64,000 bases of DNA from Anolis carolinensis (lineage: Eukaryota), in NCBI RefSeq assembly GCF_035594765.1, contig NC_085845.1:173616897-173680896 (forward strand), given 5' to 3'. Positions 12,101 through 23,802 of the stretch are shown here, one piece after another; the stretch's first letter is position 1; the number at the start of each line of letters is the position of its first letter. The notes beneath the pieces were generated by a model, which ran no database searches, was not told where the DNA came from, and was given only the letters and a program-made list of their open reading frames with translations. The position numbers were made by a program, and so were the translations under genes.

Positions 12101-15100
12101 CATGAGGAAAGCAGTTTGGAGTTGTAAAGCCAAATGACAGAATGGGAAGCACTGCCTGCATTGGAAAAGGGAGCTAACAAGAGTCAAATCAAAAGCAAAT
12201 GAAATAGACCAGAAGCTTCTCTATCCTGGTCTACCTGCTAAATCTCAACTCTGCCTGTCCCTTTAAGAGCTTCCTCTCATTGCAAGGAGAGTGTGGATAT
12301 ATATCATCCCCCATCCCACCTCCGCCCAGTTACCTTTGCAGGTTATGATCCCGAAAGGGAGGGTCCCTGTCAGCACCTCCACGTCCCCTCCATTGTCCTG
12401 CTCAAGCTCAGGGGGGGAAGGACTCTGAGCAGACAGTAGCCGAGCCAGGAGGAAACTCTAGAGGACCAGGGCTGGGGGGAGGCAGTGGGGGGAGAGAGGG
12501 AACCTCATTACTATTTCATAATCTTAGGCTGATCTGGCCCAGCAATGAACAACACGAAACCCTTTGTGAACAGGATACCAGCTGGCACTGCAGAGGGAGG
12601 GATGGGGCTTACACCTGCCCAGCCAGGGAGAGGTGGGCAAGCCAGGTGCCAACAGGTGACTCACTCCACCCTGACTTTTTCAATCTTAATCTGCATAAAA
12701 GAGAAAGGCTCACGAAAAAGCAAAAAAGACCAGGAGGGGAGGAGCTGCAATGTCAATGAGATCTGTATCCTAAGGGCACATAAACACAGGATAGTATAGA
12801 ACCATAGAAGAGACCCCAAGGGCTATCCAGTCCAACCCCATTCTGCCATGCAGGAAAATATAATCAAAGCACTCCCGATGGGTGTCATTAATAATAATAA
12901 TAACTGGGTGCCGTGCCAAAAGATCTCAGCCGGCATTTGGAAACAATAGACATTGACAAAATCACGATCTGCCAACTGCAAAAGGCCACCCTACTGGGAT
13001 CTGCACGCATCATCCGAAAATACATCACACAGTCCTAGACACTTGGGAAGTGTTCGACTTCTGATTTTGTGATACGAAATCCAGCATATCTATTTTGTTT
13101 GCTGTGTCATAATAAAATAATAATAATAAATTTATTTTTATACCCTGCCACCATTTTCCCAAAGAGACTCAGGGCAGCTTACAAGCAGGACCAGGCCCAG
13201 GACACACAGCAAAGTTCACCAACTAAAAACGTAGTTAAAAATATAACATACAACAGTCCAATAACACAATTAAAGCAGCAAAATATAAAAGCAGCATTAA
13301 AACTGCATAAAGCAAACCTCAACAAACCAGTAACCAGGAATACAATAGACATGGTGAAATAAAATGATCATTCAGCTTCAGCTTAAAAACCTCGAGAGAA
13401 GGCGACCCCACCACACTCCGAGCTGAACAGCTTTAACTCCCCTGTTTGGATATCAGCCAGCACGCCAATGCCTTAAATCAAGAAATAGCTTTCTAAGAGC
13501 TACAGAGATGCTCGCAGGGATACCTCAGCAAGCAAGAGTCGAAAAGTGGTAGGCTAAAACCTGGAACTTGAATCCATGGCTGAGACCAGAAGAGAGATTC
13601 CATCCTGGACGACATGGAAGACAGTGAACAGACTGTGCTCTCGCACCACGAGATGCAGAGTCAACCTTCCGAAATGGTGCTACAAAGTGGAGTCTGTGAC
13701 ATGCGAGTGTGAAGAAAAGCAAACCACAGACCACTTGCTAAATTGCAGCCTGAGCCCTGCCATGTGCACAATGGAGGACCTTCTCACAGCGATACAAGAG
13801 GCACGTCAAGTGGCCAGATTCCGGTCAAAGGACATTTAGTATAATGCCAAGGTTTTTTAACTTTGTGTTTCTAAATACATTACAACTGTACCCTCAGTTT
13901 TGCTACTGATGTGATAAATAAACTGTCAGGAAGGTGGTCTTAAAATTTAGGTGGGATCTCTTTTTCTGCAGCTTGAATCCATTTCTCTGTGTCCAAGTCT
14001 CTAGAGTAGGAAAAACCCAAGCTTGCCCCTTCCTCAGTGTGACATGCTTGCAAATATTTAAACATCATGTCCCCTCTCAGTTTTCCTTCAAGCTAAACAT
14101 ACCCAGCTCCAGAAGCTGTTCCTCAAAAGGCTTGGTTTTCAGAACTTTGATCATTTTGGTTACCCTTCTCTAGGCATGTTCTAGCTTATCAATAGCCTTC
14201 TTGAATCGTGATGCCCTGAACTGGACACAGTACTCCAGGTACTGTGTCTGGTTCTGAACAACGTAGAATAGAGTGATGCTTTCACTTCCCACAGTCAGAT
14301 GCAATAATCCTATTGATTTAATTTAGAATCACGTTGGCTTTTCTAGCTACCACATCACACTGCTGACTCATGTTCCGCTTGTGGTTTACTAAGACTCCTA
14401 AATCTCTTTCACGTGTACAGTTGCCAAGTCAGATGCCACCCATACTATATCTGTGCATTTCATTCTTCTAAGTGTAGTATCTTACACTTAAGTGTAGTAG
14501 CACTAAAGGCACAGTTCCCCACAGCAGCATTCACAAGTTGTGTTTATTTATGTATTTATTGCCCTCCAGCTTCCCATCTAAAAGAACATGAAAAACAACT
14601 AGCAGTAACACAACACAGATTAGAAAAAAACCCTCTTGATTAAAAACACAACATGAAAACAAAACCATTAAAAAAACACAATGGTAAAAGGCAAAACTGG
14701 CACTCAACCAGTTAGAACAGGGTAAACAGCTGGGGCCCTCCAGATGTTTTTGGCCTAATACTCCCGGTTGTCCTAGCCAGTACTGGCAACGATGGAGGAG
14801 GATGGGGAATCTCAATGATCTCACCTCTGAGTTAGACTCCAAAGGTCTGCCTGAACAAAAAATATCTTTTAGCATTGGACTATAATTCTGGAAAACTGAG
14901 TTCAACCAGGCAAATCATACACATTTAGCCTCAGAAAACTCCATGATAGGTTCACCTTAGGGTCACTGTAAGTTGCAAACAGCTTGAAAGTCCACAACAA
15001 GGACAGAAGCTGTGAGAATAAAGATGGAGCCAATCTTGCTTCCTTCAGCAGGGAGTTGCAGAGTCTGGGAGCAACCACTAAAGATGAATCTACACTGTGT

Positions 15101-18100
15101 AGAATGAATGCAGTTTGACACCACTTTAACTGTCCTGGCAGAGCTCCTTATGGCGCAATGGATTAAACCCTTGTGCTGGCAGGACTGCTGCCTTGAAGGT
15201 TGGGTTGCTGACCTGAAGGCTGACGGTTGGAATCTAGGGAGAGCGTAGATGAGCTCCCTCTGTAACCTCCAGCTCCCCATGCGGGGACATGACAGAAGCC
15301 TCCCACAAGGATGGTAAAACTTCACAACATCCGGGCGTCCCCTGGACAATGTCCTTGCAGACGGCCAATTCTCTCACACCAGAAGTTACTTGCAGTTTCT
15401 CAAGTCACTCCTGATACAAAAAAAACCTGTCCTAGTTTAATACTATGGAATAATATTAGTTCCCATTTGGTGAAACATCAGCACTCTTTGGCAGAGAAGG
15501 CCGAAGACTTTGTTAAACTACAACTCCCAGGATTCTGTGGCACTGAGCCATGGCAGTTGAAGTTGTGTCAAATTGCAGTCATTCTACAATGTAGATGCAC
15601 ACCAAGAAAGTCCTCTCTTGCATCCCTCCCAGATGTGTATCTGACAGTGGTGGGACTAAGAAATGTGCCTCCCCTAAAAATGTTAAAACGTAAGTAAATT
15701 GTAGTATGGGAAATGCAGTCTTTCAAAATGCCTAGCCCCTGATTGTACAGGGATTTACAGGTCATAACCCTAGCTTTTTAATTGTACCCAGAAACAGCTA
15801 ACAGTGTTGCAACAATGGATTTGTTTTCAAGGTTTCTGTTGCTTGTGACTCAAATCCTGGGAAATTTCTTTCTGCTAGTAGAATACGTATCTCTTAAAGA
15901 TAATTCTGAATATCCTCTGTGATTTCCCAGAACTGGTCTCTCACTTCAATAAGAAACCCCAGTTTGTGATGCAGATGGCGCTTCAAGCCTATTTTGAGAT
16001 GTGGTGAAATAACCTTGATCACAATCTGCCCTTATGGCTTCCTGTCACAACTATAAGAAGATCCACATTGGTCTCATAAGTAAACCCATGGGACTTAACA
16101 CTACTGAAACTACCACCCCAGTTCCCTTCCTAATCAAACCCCTGACACAGTGATCAAGGCTACAAACACACATAAGGTCACCTAGGAGTAAGTTCCACTG
16201 AACTTAATCAGACTTATTCGGAGGAGACATGCAGAGTAAGTTTTAGTTAGTGTAGGAAGAAACATTATTTGTTCTGCAAAGCCAACAATGAAACCAGCAC
16301 ATATGGTTTCATAATTTACAATCATTTATTTTCTGCTCTTTTCATCAGAAACAGCTGGCTAGAGTATTATGTAATGTTTAAACACATTTTAATATTTAAT
16401 GTTTTAATTTACAAACTGCTTAATTGTTTTTTAATCTTATACTATTATTCTGATTTTTATATTGTTGTTAGCCACCCTACGTGCCATTATTGGGAAAAGA
16501 GCAGCATATAAATAAAACAATAACATCATGATGTTGATGATGTAACATCTATGGTACTTCACTCATTGCAAGATTGCCATTCCAGGCTTTTTAAAAAAGA
16601 ACTACATGGGAGTGAGAAGTGGGCGAGTAGATAGCGACTACTGGATGGCAGATGTTCTGTGTCAGAAACTAGAGCTGACGTGGTCTATCCAATGCAATTT
16701 TCTGAATCAGCACCCCAAATAACCAAACCGAACCTAAAGTTGACCAAAAATTGATTCGTAACCATTTTGGTACTAATTTTGGAGAGTGGTCCCTCGTCAA
16801 AGTGGCCCCTGGTCAAAAAAAGGTTGGGAACCACTGCTCAAGGCAATCTGCTGTTTCTCAAGAACTGCTGGATTTGGATAATATTTTGAGCAGAGATTAT
16901 AAAGCAAAATGCAAGTCAGTGGGATGAAGCAGTGAATGTGTTAGGCTACAACATGGATAATCTAAGCTCTAGTCCCATGTATTGATGAAGCTCAATGGAT
17001 GGCTTTGGGCCAGTCACTTTCTCTCATTCTCTCTCTGCCTGATCTAAATCACAAGATTGTTGTAAGGTCACACTGGGAACAGGGGAGGAGCGTCATATAT
17101 ACCACTTTTAGCTCAATGAAAGAAAAATGGGACATAAACATATAATTAATAAGCACTGAAATGCATGATGACACTGTTAAATAGAGAAGGTTCATCCAGA
17201 TCATGGTTTCTCAAACTGTGCATCTCCAGGTGTTTTGGACTTCAGCTCTCAGAAATCCCAGCCAGCATATCAGCTGTTGGGAATTGTGGGAAATGAAGTC
17301 CAAAACACCTGGAGGAGCAGAATTTGAGAAACACTGCTCCAGATGAATAGCTATCTGTCATGCGGACGTTAAAGACATGACAACATTAGCCAATTCCAAA
17401 ATGGGACAGCTACTCCACAAAGCAGCCATAAAGGTCCCATTTACAGCATTTTGCATCTCCTCCCAGAACCCCAAATATTTTATTAGCACAATATCTATGG
17501 TCCCTATGGTGTCTTTCAAAGCCCATGTTAGTGGACTTTGAAAGTTTGGGGATTTTTCTTCCTCACTCCTTTCCCAATCATTCCTATCATCCCCATATTT
17601 TATCACAAAATGGAAGTCACTAAACTGAATCCACTGACCTCCACATGATGCCCTAAAATAGGATGTTGCCATTAGTCCTTGTTTGCTGGACTAGAAAATG
17701 GAAATTGCAGGGAAAGACCAAGGTATACTTCAAAATACAAGTGCGTCACCTGACTATGATACAACAGTGTCTGAAAAGAAAAGAAAAAAGTCAGCAGGTG
17801 CAGTCTGTCACCTCCCAAGTCTGAAGGGTGAGAGAAGCTGACCATTGGCAATTTTTACTTCTACACAAGTCTCATTATTTAAAAAGGGCAACTGGGTCCT
17901 TCCTCAAGTATGGCAGTCCTACCCAACCAGGTAGTCTCTCAATACAGCCATCAACTTCCAACCAGCACAGCTACAGAGGTTCAAGAAAACAACTGTCAAA
18001 TTCACTGCAATGAGCACAGAAGCTAATGTAATTGATTTTGGGTCAGATACCAAGTACAAGCTTAGCCAGCAATTCCAGTTGGAGAACGGGAAGTAATTAG

Positions 18101-19937
18101 TATAAGATGAGGCCCAGTTGTCTGGTAATGAGAAAAATTAAGAGCAATTATAGTAGGGCAGGGAGTAAAGGTAGGAAGACAATGAGGAGAGGAGGGGTTG
18201 AAAAAAGCTTGTTTGGTTGGTGCCTTCAAGTCCTTTTTGGCTTATGGCAACCCAGACAATCATTGGCAAGATTTCTTCAGAGGGGTTTGCCACTGCCATC
18301 CTCTAAAGCAGTGGTTCTTAACCTTTGGGCCTCCAGGTGCTTTGGACTTCAGTTCCTACAATTCCTAACAGCTGGTAAACTGGCTGAGATTTCTGGGAGT
18401 TACAGTCCAAAACAACTGGAGACCCAATGGTTGGGAACAACTGCTCTAAAATGAGGGTGACTTGCCCAAGGTAACCAAAAGGGATGATCAGGGATTTTAA
18501 TCTTGGAGCTCTGGTTCAATGCTCAAACCACTACACAACACTGGGTCTTCAAGAGAAGCTTATTCCATATCTCCCTGCATGTCTATATCAAATTTGGGGC
18601 AAAGTAATACATCAGAGCTTGAAAAAGTTACTTGTTTTATTACATACCTCCACCCCCAAAAGAAAGTCTGAAAAGAAACATCCATGGAGACCTGATCCTG
18701 CCCCATCGTCAAGCCTCTGCCACTGGATGTGGTAGCCTTGTGCTGCCAGCTCTGAGACTGTGCATTATCAAACTTTCAAATTCCTAGAGGGATTCACAAC
18801 TGATGACTTTAACTAGGATGAAAGTGTGCACTCCATGACTATTTGTGTAGGCTCCTTCAAAACATTTCTGCCAATTTTGGAGGGTCAAAGGGGTCAATTT
18901 TCTATATTATTTCATTGTTGTAGTTGCGACTGTTTCTACTCCAGGAGCGGCAATTCTGTACTCCAAGGTCAGATCTCAGTGTACTTTAGGTCCCAAAAGA
19001 AATCAGAGCAAGATGTCCAACCACCTCCTCTTTTAATTCTTCCTCTCCCTCATTCTCAGGGTCATGATGTGGTGCAGAAAATGACTCTTGAATATCTCTG
19101 TACTTGTTTGCCCTAACAATTAGAAATATGGTACGAGTCAAGTATTTGTGGAGAATATGCTTCAAAATTCCTTTGATATTTTTGATAATTGAAAACCTAT
19201 TTTTGACTATACTTTGGCATGCAACAGACTCACACTGGAGGACTGACAAAGACCTACAGACATTTCCAGGGTTAACATTTTTGGAGCCTGGGAAAGTGAA
19301 AATCCTGACTATCGAATCTATAGATAAGGAGGAGCAGTCAACCCCCCTGTTCAAGCAGCTCCACTGGCTGCCGATAATATTCCGGGCCCAATTCAAGGTG
19401 CAGGTTATTACCTATAAAGCTCTAAATGGTTCGGGACCTGCCTATCTTCGTGACCGCATCGTCCCCTATGAACCCACCCGATCGCTGAGATCTTCTGGGG
19501 AGGCCCTCCTCTCACTTCCACCCTCCTCACAACTGCGTTTGGTAGGGACGAGAGAGAGGGCCTTCTCGGCCGTGGCTCCCCGACTCTGGAACTCCCTCCC
19601 CAGGGAGATTAGGTTGGCTCCCTCTCTACCTTCCTTCAGGAAGCAACTGAAGACTTGGATGTTTCGGCAGGTCTTCGGAGATAGTCATTAATTAATCAGC
19701 CCCAGTGGGTTTTTAATAATTTATCCTGTTTTTATTACGGTCTTTCCATTTATGTGTTTTAAATGAAATTTTTATCTTGTATTGTTGTTTATATTGATAT
19801 ATTGTATTATTGTTTTATCTTTTTATATTGTGATTGTATTGTGTTGCTTATATTTTGTTCTTATGTTGTTTGGGCCACTGCCCCATGTAAGCCGCCCCGA
19901 GTCCCTGTGGGGAGATGGTGGCGGGATATAAATAAAG

Positions 19938-19991
<54 letters not shown>

Positions 19992-20247
19992 GGAGTGTTC
20001 TGCCTCAGTTATACTTTTCTCTACTTGGAAATACTTACTTGTGCTTCCTGTAGAAACAGTGCCGTGAAACAGGTCGACCCTCATGAAATACTCATAACAG
20101 TGCCACCCACAAGCATATCCAATGTAAGCTCACCTGGTTACCACACTGGTGCGCAGCGACTGTTCGGAAACAGTTCTGGCAGCGGCTCTTGGCAAACACA
20201 TTGGCCTCGAACTTCTCACAAGTAACAGGTTCTGCCATTTCTGACAT
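512..20247 (-). CDS. TRIOBP: TRIOBP (TRIO and F-actin binding protein), long isoform, 5' part; coding exons complement(20134..20247, 9480..9625, 6559..6688, 4167..4341, 512..908); continues beyond the left edge
   Basis: All introns are GT-AG and the phases (0,2,0,1,2) join into one open frame. N-terminus MSEMAEPVTCEKFEANVFAKSRCQNCF resembles recalled human MEEVPGDALCEHFEANILTQNRCQNCF. QEYTVLADVP...SPGRAEVERIFGLERR resembles human EEYTVLADLP...SPGRAEVERLFGQERR. It lies downstream of NOL12 on the same strand, as in human. Confidence 0.92.
1528..1792 (-). mobile_element. tRNA-derived SINE (Anolis SINE2-type, ...TGACACG-polyA tail)
   Basis: Reverse complement of the family seen at 9066, 15140, 23476, 38556, 58735 and 60797; A/B-box-like head. 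Confidence 0.85.
3070..3138. repeat. (TTA)n/(CTA)n microsatellite, tail of a degraded L2-type 3' end
   Basis: Read directly from the sequence. Confidence 0.9.
4167..4341 (-). CDS. TRIOBP: TRIOBP coding exon 4 (175 nt; DWEMTRLLNS...SRPKT)
   Basis: Acceptor ttttttccaccttag|GAC, donor ACAG|gtacat; starts with DW like the human exon; phase 0 to 1 fits both neighbours. Confidence 0.8.
6559..6688 (-). CDS. TRIOBP: TRIOBP coding exon 3 (130 nt; SWQESLEYTQ...DTLPT)
   Basis: Acceptor cctgcccacag|C, donor ACG|gtgaga; phase 2 to 0; open frame. Confidence 0.78.
9066..9320 (+). mobile_element. tRNA-derived SINE (SINE2-type)
   Basis: ggagccccagtg...gggttaaaccc...ctcctgacatgaaaaa. Confidence 0.85.
9480..9625 (-). 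CDS. TRIOBP: TRIOBP coding exon 2 (146 nt; EVKEKAVK...DPLCILVPQCELYVCVGSEDKTE)
   Basis: Acceptor cttttcttccgatag|GAA, consensus donor GAG|gtaagt; phase 0 to 2; open frame. Confidence 0.82.
10378..10494. mobile_element. hAT (Charlie-type) MITE
   Basis: TIRs caatggtttccaacc / ggttaggaaccactg; near-perfect 8-bp TSD ctctaaag/ctctaaaa. Confidence 0.8.
10618..10652. repeat. (ATAGAT)n/(AT)n microsatellite
   Basis: Read directly from the sequence. Confidence 0.85.
11620..11780 (+). mobile_element. CR1 LINE 3' end fragment
   Basis: ...cagaggctagaaggccatctg...ggactggatgaccct...gtctcttccaactc, the complement of the CR1 at 36523. Confidence 0.75.
12904..13130 (+). mobile_element. R4/Dong-clade non-LTR retrotransposon 3' end inserted in (TAA)n
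   Basis: Encodes LGAVPKDLSRHLETIDIDKITICQLQKATLLGSARIIRKYITQS*, a restriction-like-endonuclease-clade C-terminus; TAA repeats on both sides. Confidence 0.75.
13438..13922 (+). mobile_element. Vingi/Ingi-type LINE 3' fragment
   Basis: WKTVNRLCSRTTRCRVNLPKWCYKVESVTCECEEKQTTDHLLNC (C-terminal zinc knuckle); same family as 44060-45010. Confidence 0.8.
15085..15601. mobile_element. Palindromic Harbinger-type MITE with a SINE2-type SINE (about 15140-15425, +) inserted
   Basis: tctacactgt...acaatgtagatgcac termini; SINE body inside. Confidence 0.75.
18309..18443. mobile_element. hAT MITE
   Basis: TIR cagtggttctt/gggaacaactg; TSD ctctaaag/ctctaaaa. Confidence 0.8.
19325..19990 (+). mobile_element. 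L2 LINE 3' end (ORF2 C-terminus, 3' UTR, (TTA)n tail)
   Basis: LHWLPIIFRAQFKVQVITYKALNGSGPAYL...RAFSAVAPRLWNSLP is the typical L2 C-terminus; frame intact, so probably young. Confidence 0.9.
20134..20247 (-). CDS. TRIOBP: TRIOBP first coding exon (114 coding nt; exon probably starts at acceptor 20324)
   Basis: ATG at 20247 (second in-frame ATG at 20238); CEKFEANVFAKSRCQNCFRTVAAH motif; donor CAG|gtgagc; upstream acceptor cctttcacag at 20325. Confidence 0.9.
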
Positions 20248-20712
20248 GGTCCATGCAGGGGAGGAAATGTCCTTTAGGCATGCAGGGGAGCAAGTGTTCG
20301 TGGGGTTTGAGGGGAGAGGAATGGCTGTGAAAGGATCATAATAGGAGACACATCAGCACCTTCTGTTTCCTCCAACCTTATCAAAGAAAAAATGTTTCAC
20401 ACACAGCTTGGTGTTCATTGGCAACAGCAGCAGGAAATGATCTCCAATCACGTCAGAGCCAAAATCTTCAAACAGTAGTATGGGAATGTGTAGGCCAAAC
20501 ATGAGAAAGCTTTCGTCCATGTGAGAACTGTACATCTTTATTACCATATGGGCTGATTCATTTGAACCAGGATGGTGTAATGCAGACATGCTGGGCCACA
20601 CACCTGTGTTACTGCCATAACATCTGGGAGGCACCAGGCTGGTTAAGGTTGTATCAAAGTAAGCCACAGTTCAGATTCTCTGCAGCCATGACACTTGACT
20701 TGGCCAGTCACT

Positions 20713-20936
20713 GGGTGCATCTACAGTGAAGAATTTAATGCAATTTAGCACCACTTTAACTGCCATGGTTCAGTGCCATGGAACCCTGGGATCTGTAGTT
20801 TGATGAGCCACCAGCACTCTTTGGCAGAGGAGACTAGAGACCTTGTAAAACAAATTCCCCTAGGGTTTCATAGTATTAAGCTACAGCAGTTAAAAGTGGT
20901 GTCAAACTGCATTAATTTTCCAGTGCAGATGTACAC
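20713..20936. mobile_element. Palindromic Harbinger-type MITE
   Basis: gggtgcatctacagtg...cagtgcagatgtacac with long internal inverted repeats; related copies at 24780-24969, 26698-26817 and 46038-46246. Confidence 0.75.
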
Positions 20937-22156
20937 ACTGCCACTCAGACTAGCCTACCTCAGAAGGCTATTGTGAGGCAAGATGAGGTGGAAGGATACT
21001 GTATACCTCAAGCCAAACAGAGCAGGGGTGACAAATCTTTGCTCTTCCAGATATTTAGGCCAATAACCCCCAGAATCCCAAGCCAGATGTGGCCAGTGAT
21101 ATGGGACTGTGGGAACGGTACTCTAAAACATCTGGAATGCTACTTTCTTGCTTCTGGGAACAAGTGAAATAGATTAAGGGTCATGCTAAATGCATTTAAA
21201 TCTAGTGAAGAGAGAATAAAATCCTCATGCGGGTGCTCACAGCTTCTGCCGTACCTGTTTGGGCTCCAAATATCTCTCCCCCCCCAAACTACAAACATCT
21301 GCATTTAAGAGGTTGATGAGGTTATGACCTGAGCATGGCAAAGTTTGGTTTTTGTCCAACTACAACTCCCTGATCCTAACAGCAGGGATATGGATAGTCC
21401 ACAATATTAACTTTTCTGATATCTTTAGGCCTTAGAGCAAGGGTGGCCAAAAAAGGAGGCAATAATCTACCAGAAGGTCACAGCTTCCCTTTCTAGTGGG
21501 TGTTCTTGGCTTTTACCCAATCTCATTTTGATCCAGGAAGGCTCTTCTGCATATTGAGGATCATGCTCATTATGTGTTGACAGTGAATTAATCCTGAAGG
21601 TCGTCTATAGATTTGGAAGTTTTAGAAATGCATCACTAGAGCACAGAGGCTAATCCCAACTAATTTGGAGCAACGGTATTTTGAATGACAACTGTTACCT
21701 GATATTTGCACCCAAACTCTGCTGAGGAGAAACCTTCAGTTTGCATTATGCTTTGGCTAGCCTTGTTTAAAAGAGGCAACCCAAGAATACTCAGTGCTTT
21801 CACTTGATAGGGAACAGGCCTTATTAACTCTCTACCCTTCCACTTTTTCAGCTGCTTTTAAAATGCCTGTTTATCTCCGCACCTTTCACCTCCCCCCTTT
21901 ATGTTTTGCTTATTTCGCCTGATGCAAAGTAAAATCAAAGTGAAAAAGTAGCTTGCACTCAGTTAACTCAGCAAAGTGAATAAAAAGCCTCTTCTTTGGC
22001 ACTTCAAACTATAAGAGTATGTCTGTGTTTTCTACCCAATTTGTTCCATGGCATACTGTTGATTTACATACCCAAAGCATTTTCATCTATTCAGAGTATG
22101 GAGAAGTGACATTTTTAAAAAATTATCACACCCAGAACCCCCCAATATTCCCCAGA

Positions 22157-23127
22157 CTGGGTTGCTATGAGTTTTCCAGGCTATATGGCCATGATCCAAA
22201 AGTATTCTCTCCTCACATTTCACCCACATCTATGGCAGGTATCCTCAGAAGTTGTGAGTTGTTGGAAACTAGGCAATTGAGGTTTATATATCTGTGGAAT
22301 AATGTCCAGAGTGGGAGAAAGAACTCTTGTCTGGTTGAGGCAAGTGTAACTGTAGCAACTGGCCAGCTTAATTAACACTGAATAGCCTGGCAGCTTCCTG
22401 CCGGGGGGAATCCTTTGTTGGGTGGCGTTAACTGGCCCTGATTGTTTCTTGTCTGAAATTCCTCTGTTTTCTGAGTGTTGTTCTTTATTTATGGTCCTGA
22501 GTTTAGAGTTTTTAAAAATATTGGTAGCTAGTTTTTGTTCATTTTCAAGGTTTCCTCTTTTCTGTTGAAATTGTTCACCTGCTTGTGGATTTCAGTGGTT
22601 TCTCTGTGTAGTCTGACATGATGGTTGTTAGAGTGGTCCAGCATTTCTGTGTTCTCAAATAATATGCTGTGTCCACAAGCATGTGGACAATTTCAACAGA
22701 AAGGAAGAAACCATGAAAATGAACAAAATCTGGCTACCATTATTTAAAAAAACTCTAAAATCAGGACAGTAAATAAAGAACAAAACTCAAAAACAGGGGA
22801 ATTCCAAACAAGGAACAATCAGGACCAACAAAGGATTCTCCCAGGCAGGAAACAGCCAGGCATTGAAGCTGTCAGGCTATTTAATGCTAATCAAGTTGGC
22901 CAACTGCAACATTCACACTTGCCTCAAACAGACAAGAGTTCTCTCTCCCACCCTGGACATTATTCCACAGATATATAAACCCAACTTGCCTAGTTTCCAA
23001 CAGGCCTCACAACCTCTGAGGATACCTGTAGGCAAAACATCAGGAAAGAATGCTTCTGGAACATGGCCATACAGCCCGGAAAACTCACAGCAACCCAGTG
23101 ATTCTGGCCATGAAAGCCTTCGACAAC
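22157..23127. mobile_element. Penelope-like element, inverted pair of 3' ends
   Basis: Minus arm 22157-22675, plus arm 22672-23127 ending gaaagccttcgacaac; TSD cccagact. Confidence 0.88.
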
Positions 23128-23475
23128 TCATTTCCCAGACTCTGCGTATCTCTGTTAGGGCATCCTTTTAAATTAATGCTACCTTTCCAAACATGAAAGT
23201 CTTCACCTAAGTTTATAACATGAAAGCATCCTTTGACCACATCTGTGAGGCAGATCAATTCTCATTTCCATTTCACAGATATTGGGGAACGTTAAGAACT
23301 AAGATCATGCAGAAGGAAAGAGTTTAGAAGGGAGGTGAACATTTTTTAAAAAAAGAAGCACATGCTGGGTGTAACTGGGTTAATTTTAACAGCAATCAAT
23401 GCATGTTTCCATACTGATACGGCCTGGGTTTATAATCATGTGAAGTAACCTACTGCTACATTTAACCTATTTATG

Positions 23476-23748
23476 GTGAGCCGCAGTGGCACAATGGGTT
23501 AAAGCCTTGTGCTGGCTGGACTGCTGACCTGAAGGTTGGGTTGCTGACCTGAAGGTTACAGGTTTGAATCCGTGAGATGGGGTAAGCTCCCATCTGTCAG
23601 CTCTAGCTTGCAGGAACCTGAGAGAAGCCTCTCAGCAACACATCCGGGCGTCCTCTGGGCAACGTCTCTGTAGATTGATGGCCAATTTTCTCACATCAGA
23701 AGCGACTTGCAGTGTGTTCTCAAGTCACTTCTGACATGATAAAAAAAC
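23476..23748 (+). mobile_element. tRNA-derived SINE (SINE2-type)
   Basis: Family match; flanking duplication ctatttatggt. Confidence 0.85.
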
Positions 23749-23802
23749 CCCAACTATTTATGGTCAGAAGAACATAACTAGAGAAAAAGCGCCTCCAAAG
23801 AT

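Larger units (their letters stand above)
12790..14490 (-). mobile_element. CR1 LINE 3' fragment split into three pieces (about 12790-12886, 13370-13437, 13923-14490) by nested insertions
   Basis: CR1 tail atagaaccatagaagag...ccagtccaacccc; the pieces are collinear with the CR1 copy at 36523-36850. Confidence 0.75.

Noticed and set aside
18645-18752. Possible extra TRIOBP exon on the minus strand
   Set aside because: Weak acceptor, no homology, and a phase that does not fit the 0/0 junction
19104-19691. 195-aa ORF as a host gene
   Set aside because: The C-terminal part is L2 ORF2 and the N-terminal part is chance read-in from flanking DNA
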